A DNA stretch of 64,000 nt from Octopus sinensis (taxonomy: Eukaryota): the NCBI RefSeq assembly GCF_006345805.1, contig NC_043006.1, forward strand, positions 11,408,001 to 11,472,000. The letters are read 5' to 3'. The translations under genes were made by a program, and so were the position numbers. Under the pieces are notes generated by a model, which was not told the DNA's origin, did not search any database, and saw only the letters and a list, made by a program, of their open reading frames with translations. Positions 1-12,098 of this stretch are shown piece after piece (the first letter of the stretch is position 1; the number at the start of each line of letters is the position of its first letter).

Positions 1-187
1 AAGGACAGAAAAATGGATTAAGTCGATTACAACGACCCCAGTGTGTAACTGGTACTTAATTTATCGACCCCCGAAAGGATGAAAGGCAAAGTCGACCTCG
101 GCGGAATTTGAACTCAGAACGTAGCGGCAGACGAAATAGGGCTACGCATTTCGCCCGGCGTGCTAACGTTTCTGCCAGCTCGCTGCC
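1..187 (-). mobile_element. tRNA-derived SINE family A (runs off the window start)
   Basis: Head GAGCTGGCAGAAxCGTTAGC and B box GAGTTCAAATTCC. Other copies at about 22770-23175(-), 28007-28594(-), 33067-33298(+), 44625-44770(+), 47390-47560(+), 47610-47840(-), 52930-53065(-), 55132-55705(+). Confidence 0.85.
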
Positions 188-439
188 TTTTATATATATA
201 TGAGTGTGTGTGTGTTAACAAATATAAAACCCTGCTGCCAAATACTTATCTTGTAGATGTTTTTCCAGAAATTTAACATCTGCGATTTCATGTTGTTTGA
301 AACCAAACCTTTGCTTATGATTCCTCTCAATTTTTATCATTTATTGATTGTTTTCTATTTGTAACTTTTTAAAAAAAAGTTGGTAGTTTTTAGTTTTAAA
401 TATACTTTATCATTTAATTTCATGTTTTTTATAATTTTT

Positions 440-461
440 TATTATTTTCATTTTTAACCAG
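440..461 (+). promoter_or_regulatory. Splice acceptor 10 nt upstream of the ATG; the 5' UTR exon and promoter probably lie upstream of the window
   Basis: T-rich tract followed by CCAG (AG at 460-461), then ttaaaagaaaATG. Confidence 0.6.
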
Positions 462-471
462 TTAAAAGAAA

Positions 472-1532
472 ATGGAACAGGATAACACCAAAGAAAATGA
501 TCTGCCGCTGATGGCGAACATAGACACATATTGTGTCCAGCATTATATTCTGGATTTGATGTGTGACTTTTCTAAAAACATACTTTCTGGATCAACGACA
601 CTCTTTGTTAATCGTGTTAAATCAGATCCAGTGAAATCTCATTTAGAAAATTACATTTTACCAATAAAAAAGCGGAAACAGGTAACTACAGACCAAATTA
701 TTACAGAGAAGAAACAGAAGAATTGCAGCAAAGTTTTAAAATGTTCTGAAAGCAATTCAAATAAACTTACAGATTCTTTAAACTCTGATAATGTGTTTTT
801 TGATGAAGAACATTCTAGTTTTGCTCAGTCTGAGCAATATTTAAAAGACTGCGAGGAAACTGAGTCAAGTTTTGCAACGCATGATATTCCAAGCAATAAT
901 GAGAAAACGCCATATATTCCAAAATTGGGTACTGTTGGATCTACACAAATTAATTCTTCGTGTTCAGAAGAGGAAATTTTACCAACAGATATTACTTCAA
1001 ATGATAAAAACGTCGAAGAAATAATTCCATCAATTGGCAATCAAAGAAATTTTATGACTGCAAAGGATATAAGTAAAGAATCTACGGAGTCAATGAATTC
1101 TTTTACAATTTGTCATTCAGAACAGAAACAATTTACCAAAGTTTTACCTGGCAATTCAGACATTAACCTTCAGTCAGTGGAAGGTGGCAGTAACCAATAT
1201 AACCATTCCATATTTATACTCGATGCCTGCGATATTATTGTTTCTGAAGTTACTTTATTACCACTTCTTTGGTGCGATAAATGCCAAAATAAATGTTTTA
1301 AAGAATGTGAAACAGGTGCTGATTCCTCTGCCAAAAGAGAAGAATTTTATCGTCAATGTTCTTTAAAAATTGGTAAAGAAATGTCATTTAAAAATGACAA
1401 ATGGTCACTGAGAATTTTTGAGAAGGATCCAACAGAAGAATTCTGCCTAAATTCCAAGTTTGCTATTAAAATTAAATATTCAACACTTGCCAAAGGGAAG
1501 TCATTGAAATGGGTACCAGACCAAGATGGGAA
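472..1532 (+). CDS. AOPEP: AOPEP coding exon 1 (N-terminal domain with long low-complexity insertion)
   Basis: Starts [33 protein letters not shown]; ends WVPDQDG with donor AA|GTAAGT at 1533 (phase 2). Confidence 0.93.
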
Positions 1533-1852
1533 GTAAGTTTTAATTCTTTGAGATTTTCTTGAAACATTTATACATACATATATATAACTTAAAATAGAAG
1601 ATCTGAAATCCACCTGATGAATGTCCTGAGAAGAGACATGAAACAATTGTAGTGGCGAATATAATTTTATTTAATTTATATTAAAATGGTTTTATGTATT
1701 GGATTAAGTCTTTCTTTGTTTGATTTGCAAAATAGTGGTTTTGTCTCTAATTAATATTATATAATATTTTACTATAAAATTGGATTCAATCCTAAATCTG
1801 ATTTTCCCTGTAAATTTGGATTTATTCCCTAATATTTATTATTATATATATA

Positions 1853-1894
<42 letters not shown>

Positions 1895-4800
1895 TTCTAT
1901 ATATATATATAATGCTAATTCACAGCCTTTTCTGTTTTTACTTACTTTATGTCATTTTTGTAAGCAAGTTTTATGGCTATTTACACTTATATTGGACATA
2001 TTACAGAGGCAATTCATATTAATTTCACCAACTGTATTGCTATCAGGTGGTATATAATTACCTCCGCCAAGGAAGGAGGTTATGTTTCCATCGGTGTTGG
2101 TTTGTCCGTCTGTATGCAACATAACTCAAAAAGTTGTGAACGGTATTTGATGAAACTTGCAGAAAAAGTTGGTAATGACATAAAGAACAGACGATCCGGG
2201 AATTTTTATGGATTCTTGAAGGATTTTTCATTTGTTATATTTACTTTACATGAATTTATGGATGAGAAGCTTGATGTCTTCATCTTGTTGAGGGATAAGA
2301 ATATCCTTCAGCAATACACATATGTGTAGTTTCTCCAGCATTGCAACTAACCCACTCAAGTGGTCAGGAGGTTAATGAGTACACACACACACACAAGGAT
2401 TTAAATGTGAGCTACTATAAGTTTCATGCTTCTGAACAATTTTTCAGGCTAAAAGATTGCCCAGTAGTACATGGTATTCTATACAAGCTTGCCCAACTAT
2501 TGTGCTATCAGGAGCATGCAGCTTATTGTAAACTCACATTTAAATCCTGTGTATATTAAATGATATCTCTTACTGGATGGAATACTTTTTTTGGTTGATT
2601 CTCACTGAAATGGAACAGTACACTGTATATACAAGTAACCAAGACCTTTGGTGATATCATCCTCATCATCATCATCGTTTAACGTCCGTTTTCCATGCTA
2701 GCATGGGTTGGATGGTTCGACCAGGGTCTGGGAAGCCAGGAGGCTGCACCAGGCTCCAGTCTGATCTGGCAGTGTTTCTACAGCTGGATGCCCTTCCTAA
2801 CGCCAACTACTCTGTGAGTCTAGTGGGTGCTTTTTACGTGCCACCAGCACAGGTGCCAGGATAGGCTGGCAACGGCCACAATCGGTTGGTGCTTTTTACG
2901 TGCCACTCAAGGCGGCACATACAGATGGTCACATGCAGATGGTGCTTTTTAGGTGCCAGTATAGGCTGGCAATGGCCATGATTGGTTGGTGCTTTTTACG
3001 TGCCACCGGTACGGAAGCCAGTCAAGGCGGCGCTGGCATCGGCCATATACAGATGGTGCTTTTTACATGCCAGCAGCACAGGTGCCAGGGGAGGCTGGCA
3101 ACGGCCATGATCGGTTGGTGCCTTTTACGTGCCATCGGCACGGAAGCCAGTCAAGGTGGTGCTGGCATGTGCTTGAGAAAACTTGTCAAGCCAAGTAAAG
3201 TCATGGCTAATGCCAGTGTCCTGTTGCTGGTGGGACATAAAAGCACCTGTACCAGTGGCATGTATAAAGCACCCATTATGCTTTCGGAGTGGTTGGCAGC
3301 TGTAGAAACCATGCCAAATCAGACTGGGATTTGGTGCAGCTCTCCAGCTTACCAGTTCCAGTCAAACTCTCTAGCCCATGCCAACATGGAAAGCTGACAC
3401 TAAAGGAAGATAATGATGATATATATACACACACAATAACAACAACAACAGGCTTCTTTCAGTTTCCACTTGTCAAATTCACTCACAAGGCTTTGGTTAT
3501 CCCAAAGTTATAGTAGAAGGCACTTGCCCAATGTGCCATGTAGTGGAACTGAACCCAAAACCCTGTGGCTGGCAAGCATACTATTCAACCATGCAGCCAT
3601 GCCTGTGCCTGGATACATTAATGTATTTTAAGATGTTAGTATTGTTATCATAAAGACAGTAATTTGTATTTATTGGTATTGATCTTATGAAATTATACAC
3701 TACTATCAAAGTCTCTATTACTAAGTTTTTCTTTTCTTTATATTTCCCAATCTTTTCAGTATGTGCATGTTTACTTGTGGACACTGGATAAACAATAGAT
3801 CCTTATTTCCGAGTCAGGATCATTCTGAAGCTCTGTCTACTTGGCAAGCCTATGTTACTGTTGAGAATATTCACACAGTCATCATGACAGGAGACAAAGA
3901 ACCTCTAATTACTAACACTGAAAATGGTAAGCATTTGAATTATATTTTGGAAAACACTACCTCCTCCTCAGGTTTGCTACAGCTGTTTCAGATGTGTTTT
4001 TTTATTGATGAACGAATCAATTACATCATGAAAGAAACTGTTTTCTTCAGGTGAATTAAAATGTTAGCTCAAGTCTGTATACGGATTAATATATGCATGA
4101 GTGTCCATATATACAGTCGCCGAGATAGATCATTAGCCACTACACACATTTTTTTCTCTCCTTGTTTCTCTCCTTGTTTTTTTCTGCGTCCCTTTCTGTA
4201 GAAGAGCGTAGGCTCGAAACGTAAAAGATTTTTTCAATTCCTGAGCGTTATACTAATACATCTGTTTGTTTTGTACACCACCTGTCTTCGTCTTTTGTTT
4301 TTTTTGTAAACTCTCCCTATACTGTTGATACATGCATATGTTATTCTCAGCCCTAAATTGGTCCTTATTATTAAAATGCCTTGATTCAATTATATCCTTC
4401 AGATAATTAATAGGTGCAGGCGTGGCTGTGTGGCAAGAAGTTTGCTTCCGAACCAGATGGTTCCAGGTTCACTCCCACTGTAGCCATACTGGAGCACCGC
4501 CTTGAGGGGTTTTAGTTGAACAAATTGGCCCCAGGACTTATTTTTTAAGCCTAGTACTTATTCTACCAGTCTCTTTTGCTGAACCACTAAGTTATGGTGA
4601 CTTAAACGTGCCAACATCGGTTTTCAAGTGGTGATGGAGGAGGGGACACAGACACACACACACACACACTCACACACACAGATATATACTTGTGGAGTTC
4701 TGTCCAGAATACAAGCTGTTTTTTCTCTTCAACATGGTAAACATATCTTACCATATTTTAATGGCTACCAAAATATATCATCATTATCATCATCTCTACA

Positions 4801-7800
4801 TATATAAACGGCAAAATGTCTGTGTGTGTGTCCTTTATACAAATCCACAATTTTTCAGTTAGAGGGCTCGCACTTTCTATGGTCATTCAAAGCCGTCCAA
4901 GGGTGATCGTGCTCATCTTTACATTTCCCCAGTCACCCCGTAAAGCCATTAAAAAATCAATAGAAGTGACTTTTTTGTGAATTTTCTATCCAAAACCCAA
5001 TCAAAATGCCCGAAACTTGATACGCCAATTGAATGCCAGCTAGCTGTATGTGATTGGTTGGAGATTTGGACAGTACTCGCGTGTATGTGTGTACGCACAC
5101 AGCTGAATATGCATGTACTAGCACTATGACCTGGCGTTGCTGGGTCATAGCGCTAGTCAACATTTAATGCCCATCTTCCATATTGTCATGGATCCAATGA
5201 GCTTGGGGACTACAGTGAGCTTCAGTGTCTGCTTTGGCATAATTTCAAGAATGCTAAAAAAGCAGAAAGTTCAAAGACACATCTTGTTGAGAATCAAATC
5301 CACAAAGTTATCATATTTTAGACATGCACTATAAGTTGCTAGCAGTATCGCCCGGTGTTGCTCGGGTTTGTAAGGGAAATAACTATATAAGCATTTTTAG
5401 AGAGTTATAGCCAAAATATAGCAAAAAAATGCATTAAAAATGGAAAAAAAAATTATGGTAAATTTTTTTTTTAAATCGTAGACTCATCGTAGACATTTTT
5501 AGAGAGTTACTTCCCTTATATAATAGCGAAAAAAATGCATTAAAATGGGAAAAAATGATGGTAGATTTTTTTTAAATCGTAGACTCATCGTAGACGCGCG
5601 CTAATACCCAGAAAGGCTCGATATGAATCACGACTATAAGATACCCGCTTTTGGTTAAACTGCACCGCAAAATGTGGGAGTAGTTAGGAATCTAAATCGT
5701 AGGAGACAAACACACAACTTCACTTTTATATATAAAGATTTCCCAAGACCATTCAGAGAGAGTGTGGAGGGGAAGAGAACAAGAGGTCATCAAAGAAGTT
5801 TGTGGACTGACATCATTAATGAATGGGTTGGAAATAAGAGCCTGGCTGATTGTATGCATGCAGTATAGAGGACACTGGAGAGTGTTGGCAAGTCATCCCT
5901 GGACACCAAGTGACCAGCTTGTTTATAATTTCATTGTTTGTTCCTTCTCAAGCCATGCCTGGCTCATAAGGGCCGGTTTCCTGGTTTCCTTGGCGTATAG
6001 GTTCCCCACCTGGACGGGACGCCGGTCCATCGCAGGTGAGCTGCAAGATGCAGGAGGAAAGAGTGAGAGAAAGTTGTGGCGAAAGAGTCAGCAGAAGTTC
6101 GCCATTACCTTCTGCCGGAGCCGCGTGGAATGTAGGTGTTTCGCTCATAAACACACACATCGTCCGATCTGAGATTCGAACCCGCGATCCCTCAACCACG
6201 AGTCTGCTGCTTTAACCACCAAGCCATGAGCAGCTGGCTGATAATGGCTGATTAAGCAGACACACAAAAGTAGTTAGCAACAAGAATACCCATAAAATAT
6301 ATACTTTCAGATACTCAAAGGACTCTGTGCAAATAGTTGATAGTTTCTGTTATCTAGACTAGGGTTCCTCAAAGTGAGTTTCAAGTAACCCCCAATGTTC
6401 TGTGAAAAATTTCTGGGGTTCTGCAAGATAAAGGGTCTGTCTATAAAATTTAATGAAAAGTCATTTTATGAAATAAATTGTATTTAAATTTTTCAAAATA
6501 TAAAATTTTTCTATGTTTTTAGATTATTTTTCTATTTGAATAATTTCTCTCTGAAAATGTCTGGGGCAGTTGTCACTGAGGAGACTAAATCAGACTGAAA
6601 CACTGGTGTCCTGAATGCTCCACTGACCTTTTGAATGAAGCTCTGTTTTTAACACCAGTCCCTTTGAGAAATTTTTTGGAAGCAAAATGCTACAAGCTAG
6701 TACCATTCCACATTTGTATACACATATTATAAATGCTAGACACATCAGAACTTTTGTTTCATTTGATATTATAATCATTCGAGCCCCGTTCTAGTAGGGT
6801 ATTAAGAGCACCATCCGAGCGTGATCGTTGCCAGAGCGGCTATCTGGCCTCCGTACCAGTGGCACGTAAAAGACACCATTCGAGCGTGATCGTTACCAGC
6901 ATTGCCTTACTGGCACCTGTGCCGAAGATTCGAGCGAGGTCATTGCCAGTACCGCCTGACTGGCCCCATGCCAGTGGCACGTAAAAGTACCCACTATACT
7001 CTCGGAGTGGTTGGCATTAGGAAGGGCATCCAGCTGTAGAAACTCTACCAGATCAAGACTGGAGCCTGGTGCAGCCATCTGGTTCGCCAGCCCTCAGTCA
7101 AAATCGTCCAACCCATGCTAGCATGGAAAGCAGACGTTAAACGATGATGATGATTATATTAAAATTAGCTGAATTGATCACCTTCTTCCTGAAATGAAAT
7201 ATGCTTTTCACTACACATATGTTTTTAACATAAATTAGTTGTGTTTCTTTTTGTAGGAAAGCTTTGTTATTTTTACCAGTCGACCATGTTGTTACCTAGT
7301 TCTACATTAGCCATAGCAGTCGGACAATGGCAACATGCCACCATAACACACCTCATGTCCACACATCAAGATTCACAGTAAGTTATAGTTTCTTTTCTTA
7401 ACTCATTTTTATTGGCCTGTTTAAATTATCCTCAGACTTTTAGGGCAGCAAACTGGCAGAATCATCATCATCATCGTTTAACGTCCGCTTTCCATGCTAG
7501 CATGGGTTGGACGATTTTGACTGAGGGCTGGCGAACCAGATGGCTGCACCAGGCTCCATTCTTGATCTGGCAGAGTTTCTACAGCTGGATGCCCACCCTA
7601 ACACCAACCACTCCGAGAGTGTAGTGGGTGCTTTTTACGTACCACTGGCACGGGGGCCAGTCAGGCGGTACTGGCAACGACCTCGCTCGAATCTTTTACA
7701 CATGTCACCGGCACGGGTGCCAGTAAGGCGACGTTGGTAATGATCAAGCTCGAATGGTGCCCTTTTACGTGCCACCGGCACGGAAGCCAGCTGGCTGCTT

Positions 7801-10737
7801 TGGCAACAATCATGCTCGGATGGTGCTCTTGGCACCCTATTAAAAAATTGGTAAAAAATCAACATGCTGTATGACTTCTCTGAGGGGTGAATGTAGTGGA
7901 TTTAGAAAATGACGGTATCAGAATGCATGTGAGAGTTTCTAATTTTGGATTCAAATTTTGGCACAAGGCCAGCAGTTTTGGTGGAGGGGGTTAAGTCATT
8001 TACATTGTCTGTTTACCTTTGTGAAGAGTTATCTCAATCCTTTAAAAATATTATTATTATTATTATTATTGAGTGAGAGAGCAGTGCATGCCATCAAAGT
8101 GACACTGGGGTAAAATATATGAAGCCCAATATACCCACCATGACTACCCGTCTGATAAGGGTACACCAGGCACATGCATCACAACCATATGTGCGCGACA
8201 TGGTGATCTCATATCAAGATAAACAGCACATGACTTTGCAGGTGGGGCCCAGTTAGAATTTTCTTCTTGTCGAGTAACCCATCCTGCTCAAAAGGTCCCT
8301 GAATAAAGGTTGTTTAAGGATGGTGAACAAAACACCCATGTTTCCAGAGGTGAATTATTCAAACCCCAAAGAATTCCTTTCAGTACATGGCTATGATGCA
8401 TTGCCCACTACTTCTGCTCGTGGTCAGAGATGCACATATCATCAGCCACTAAGGGACATGCTCCACTGGTTAAGGTTAAACAACTGACAAGCAAATCTGT
8501 GGCATTGAGCAGAATATTTGCTGTAGCCCATCTTTTATAGCAAGACAAAACAATGTTCAAGATAACACTTGCAATCAGTTAAGATCAGAAGCCACGAGAG
8601 CCACTGCCTGGTACTGCATCAGGGCATTTATTATTATTATTGTTGTTGTTATGATTGTTCTTTGTATTATTTTGATGCTAACTTTTGTTTTCCTCTGTCA
8701 CATTTCATGACAAGCTTCTGATTAATGTTCAATATATTTATCTGCAGACAAAATCAAAAATGGGTTCCTGAATTTTGTGCCTCTGTGCATGGTTCTTGCA
8801 GTGTCAACTATTCTAAGACTCCTGTGCCTTGTAGAGTTTTTGCTCCAAGAAGTCTCATATCAAAAGCAGAATCAGAGTTTAAATCATACCTTCCAAAATG
8901 TCTTACTAAGGCCTGCAGCATTTTGGGCCCTTATCCCTTTCGCCGATTAGATATCCTTATTACTCCTTCTTGTTTTAGTTGTCTTGGATTGACAAGGTAA
9001 GTTAAATTCTTTTATACTTTCGCACATTTACAAATTGTCAAAGTTTAATTACAGATTATACAAAAAGAAAATTATTTTGTACTTTGGTAGGGTCATAATG
9101 GCAATAATAAACACACAACTTCGCCTTACTGGCACCTGTGCCGATGGCATGTGGAAAAAAATTTGAGCGATGTCGTTGTCAGTACCACCTGACTGGCCCC
9201 CGTGTCGGCGGCATGTAAAAGCACCCACTACACTCTCGGAGTGGTTGGCGTTAGGAAGGGCATCCAGCTGTAGAAACTCTGCCAGATCAAGACTGGAGCC
9301 TGGTGCAGCCATCTGGTTTGCCAGCCCACAGTCAAACTGTCCAACCCATGCTAGCATGGAAAGCGGACATTAAACGACAACACTGGTTCTACCTCACTTC
9401 TTTTATTATTAGTCAACTGGTTCATCATTTAACCAGTTTACTAATCCATTGTTTGAGTTATCATCATCATCATCATCATTTAGCGTCCGCTTTCCATGCT
9501 AGCATGGGTTGGACGGTTCAACTGGAGTCTGTGAAGCCAGAAGGCTGCATCAGGCCCAGTCTGATCTGGCAGTGTTTCTACAGCTGGATGCCCTTCCTAA
9601 CGCCAACCACTCCGTGAGTGTAGTGGGTGCTTTTTACGTGCCACCCGCACAGGTGCCAGACGGAGCTGGCAAACGGCCACGGACGGATGGTGCTTTTTAC
9701 GTGCCACCGGTCAATTAGTCAATCAGCTTGGTTAGTCAAAGTCTTTTCATCACCATTTGCAACCTCATCAATGAGGTATGCCCTCTCTACTCCGAGTTTG
9801 CTTCAGATCTGTGAGTAATGTTTCATTTTTAAAAAAAGTCTATATGAGAGGTGATAAAAGTACGTGGAAATTATGAAAGATTGCTAATGGTTTTTGGTTT
9901 TTGTTTTTTTGCTTTCTGTACTTTTGTTAGTTTATAGCACAGTTAGGTATAGAATAAATTAGAGTACAATTAATTAGGAACAATTGGTTTGCATTACAAT
10001 TAATTAGGTACAGAATTAATTTGGAGTACAATTAATTAGTAAAGAATTAATTTGTATCACAATTAATTAGGAACAAAAATAATTTGCATCACAATTAATT
10101 TGGTACAGAATTAATTTGTAGCACAATTAATTAGTTTGAAAAATAGTTTGTATCCTAATTAATTATGTACAGAATTAACTTGTAGTACAATTAATTAGTT
10201 TGAAGAATAGTTTGTATCCTAATTAACTATGTACAAAATTAACTTGTTGTACAATTAATTAGTTTGAAAAATAGTTTGTATCCTAATTAACTATGTACAA
10301 AATTAACTTGTAGCACAATTAATTAGTTTGAAAAATAGTTTGTATCCTAATTAACTATGTACAAAATTAACTTGTAGCACAATTAATTAGTTTGAAAAAT
10401 AGTCTGTATCCTAATTAACTATGTACAAAATTAACTTGTAGCACAATTAATTAGGTACAAAATAACTGTATCTAATTTCTTGGTGAGTAACAGTTTTTTT
10501 TTTATAATGGATAAAATGGGTTTATAGAAACAGACTGTCTGATTGGCTGAAAATAGCCACAAAAACTGTCACATGACGTCAGCTCTCTCAAATAGTAATA
10601 TGACAGTAAAGAACATTTGGATGTGTGCCAAAATCAAAGTAATTATGTTAGTAACTGAACAAAAGCAAACTGACTACTTGTTGCTTCTTTATGAACAACA
10701 GATGGTCGTGTATTTGTGTGTATGCTTGCGTACATTT

Positions 10738-10787
<50 letters not shown>

Positions 10788-12049
10788 CAGAATAAGAGTT
10801 AGAGTTAGGAATAGCGGAAGACAGAGTAAGAGTTTGTAAGAAAGGAGAACAGAGCGGGAGATAGTAAGGGAGGAAGACAGAGTAAGGGATGGTAAGAGAG
10901 AAAGACAGTAAGAGTTAGTAAGAGAGGAAGGCAGAGTAAGAGTTTGTAAGGAAGGAAACCAGAGCAGGAGATAGTAAGAGAGGAAGACAGTAATAGTTAA
11001 TAAGAGAGGAGGAGAGAAGGAGAGAATTAGTAAGAGAAGACGGTAAAAGTTACACTATATTATCATCAGTTACAATAATACTAAATATGATATTGAAATG
11101 GAGGCGCAATGGCCCAGTGGTTAGGGCAGCAGACTCACGGTCGGAGAATCGCGGTTTCGATTCCCAGACCAGGCATTGTGTGTGTTTATTGAGCATAAAT
11201 ACCTAAAAGCTCCACGAGGCTCCGGCAGGGGGTGGTGGCGACCCCTGTTGTACTCTTTTGACCCAACTTTCTCTTACTCTCTCTTTGTGTTTCTTGGGTA
11301 ACGCTGCGATGGACTGGCGTCCCGTCCAGCTGGGGGGAACACATACGCCACAGAAACCGGGAAACCGGGCCCATGAGCCTGGCTAGGCTTGAAAAGGGCA
11401 CATAAATAATAAAAAAAAAAATGATGTTAAATAATAAGTTATTTAATTAATATTATTCGTTATTTTTGGGCAGTGAACTTTCAGAATCTTTCAGACACCA
11501 GGCTTTACCTTTTGAGTTCAAATTCCTACAGGGTCAATGAAATAAGTACCAGTCGAGCACTGGGTCAATACAATTGACACCCTTCCCCCTAAATTACTGG
11601 CCTTTTGTCAAAATAGGAAACCGATATTATTCCATATTTAATATTTAATTTTTTTTCTTTTTAATTCTAGCCCCTGTGTGATATTTCTATCCCAATCTGT
11701 GTTGGTTGGAGATGGAAGCTTCTGTAACTGTTTGGCACATGAACTCTGCCATTCTTGGTTTGGGCTTCTTATTGGACCAAAAGACTGGACAGAAGAATGG
11801 ATGACAGAAGGCTTTGCTTCCTTTGTAGAAGATATTATACACACTGATTTGATTGGAGTAAGCGAAATACCTTAATGTTTATATATCTATCTGTCTGTCT
11901 GTCTCTCTTTCTCTCTCTCTCTCTCTAACCACATGGTTCCGGGTTCAGTCCCACTGCGTTGCACCTTGGGCAAGTGTCTTCTGCTATAGCCTCAGGCCAA
12001 CCAAAACCTTGTGAGTGGATTTGGTAGACAGAAACTGAAAGAATCCTGT

Positions 12050-12098
<49 letters not shown>

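Noticed and set aside
1533-1536. ORF-track stop ending a 354-aa protein
   Set aside because: The TAA lies inside the GTAAGT donor; the protein continues in exon 2.
2900-3397. Recurring ORFs such as [21 protein letters not shown] and [10 protein letters not shown]
   Set aside because: Translations of repeat family C; copies differ by frameshifts, so they are not a gene family.
10124-10443. CRISPR-like regular array
   Set aside because: Units are contiguous with no unique spacers, and the context is eukaryotic.
10541-10581. ATTGG plus a TGACGTCA (CRE) motif pair; another TGACGTCA at 35983-35990
   Set aside because: Short motifs expected by chance in 64 kb, with no other promoter evidence.
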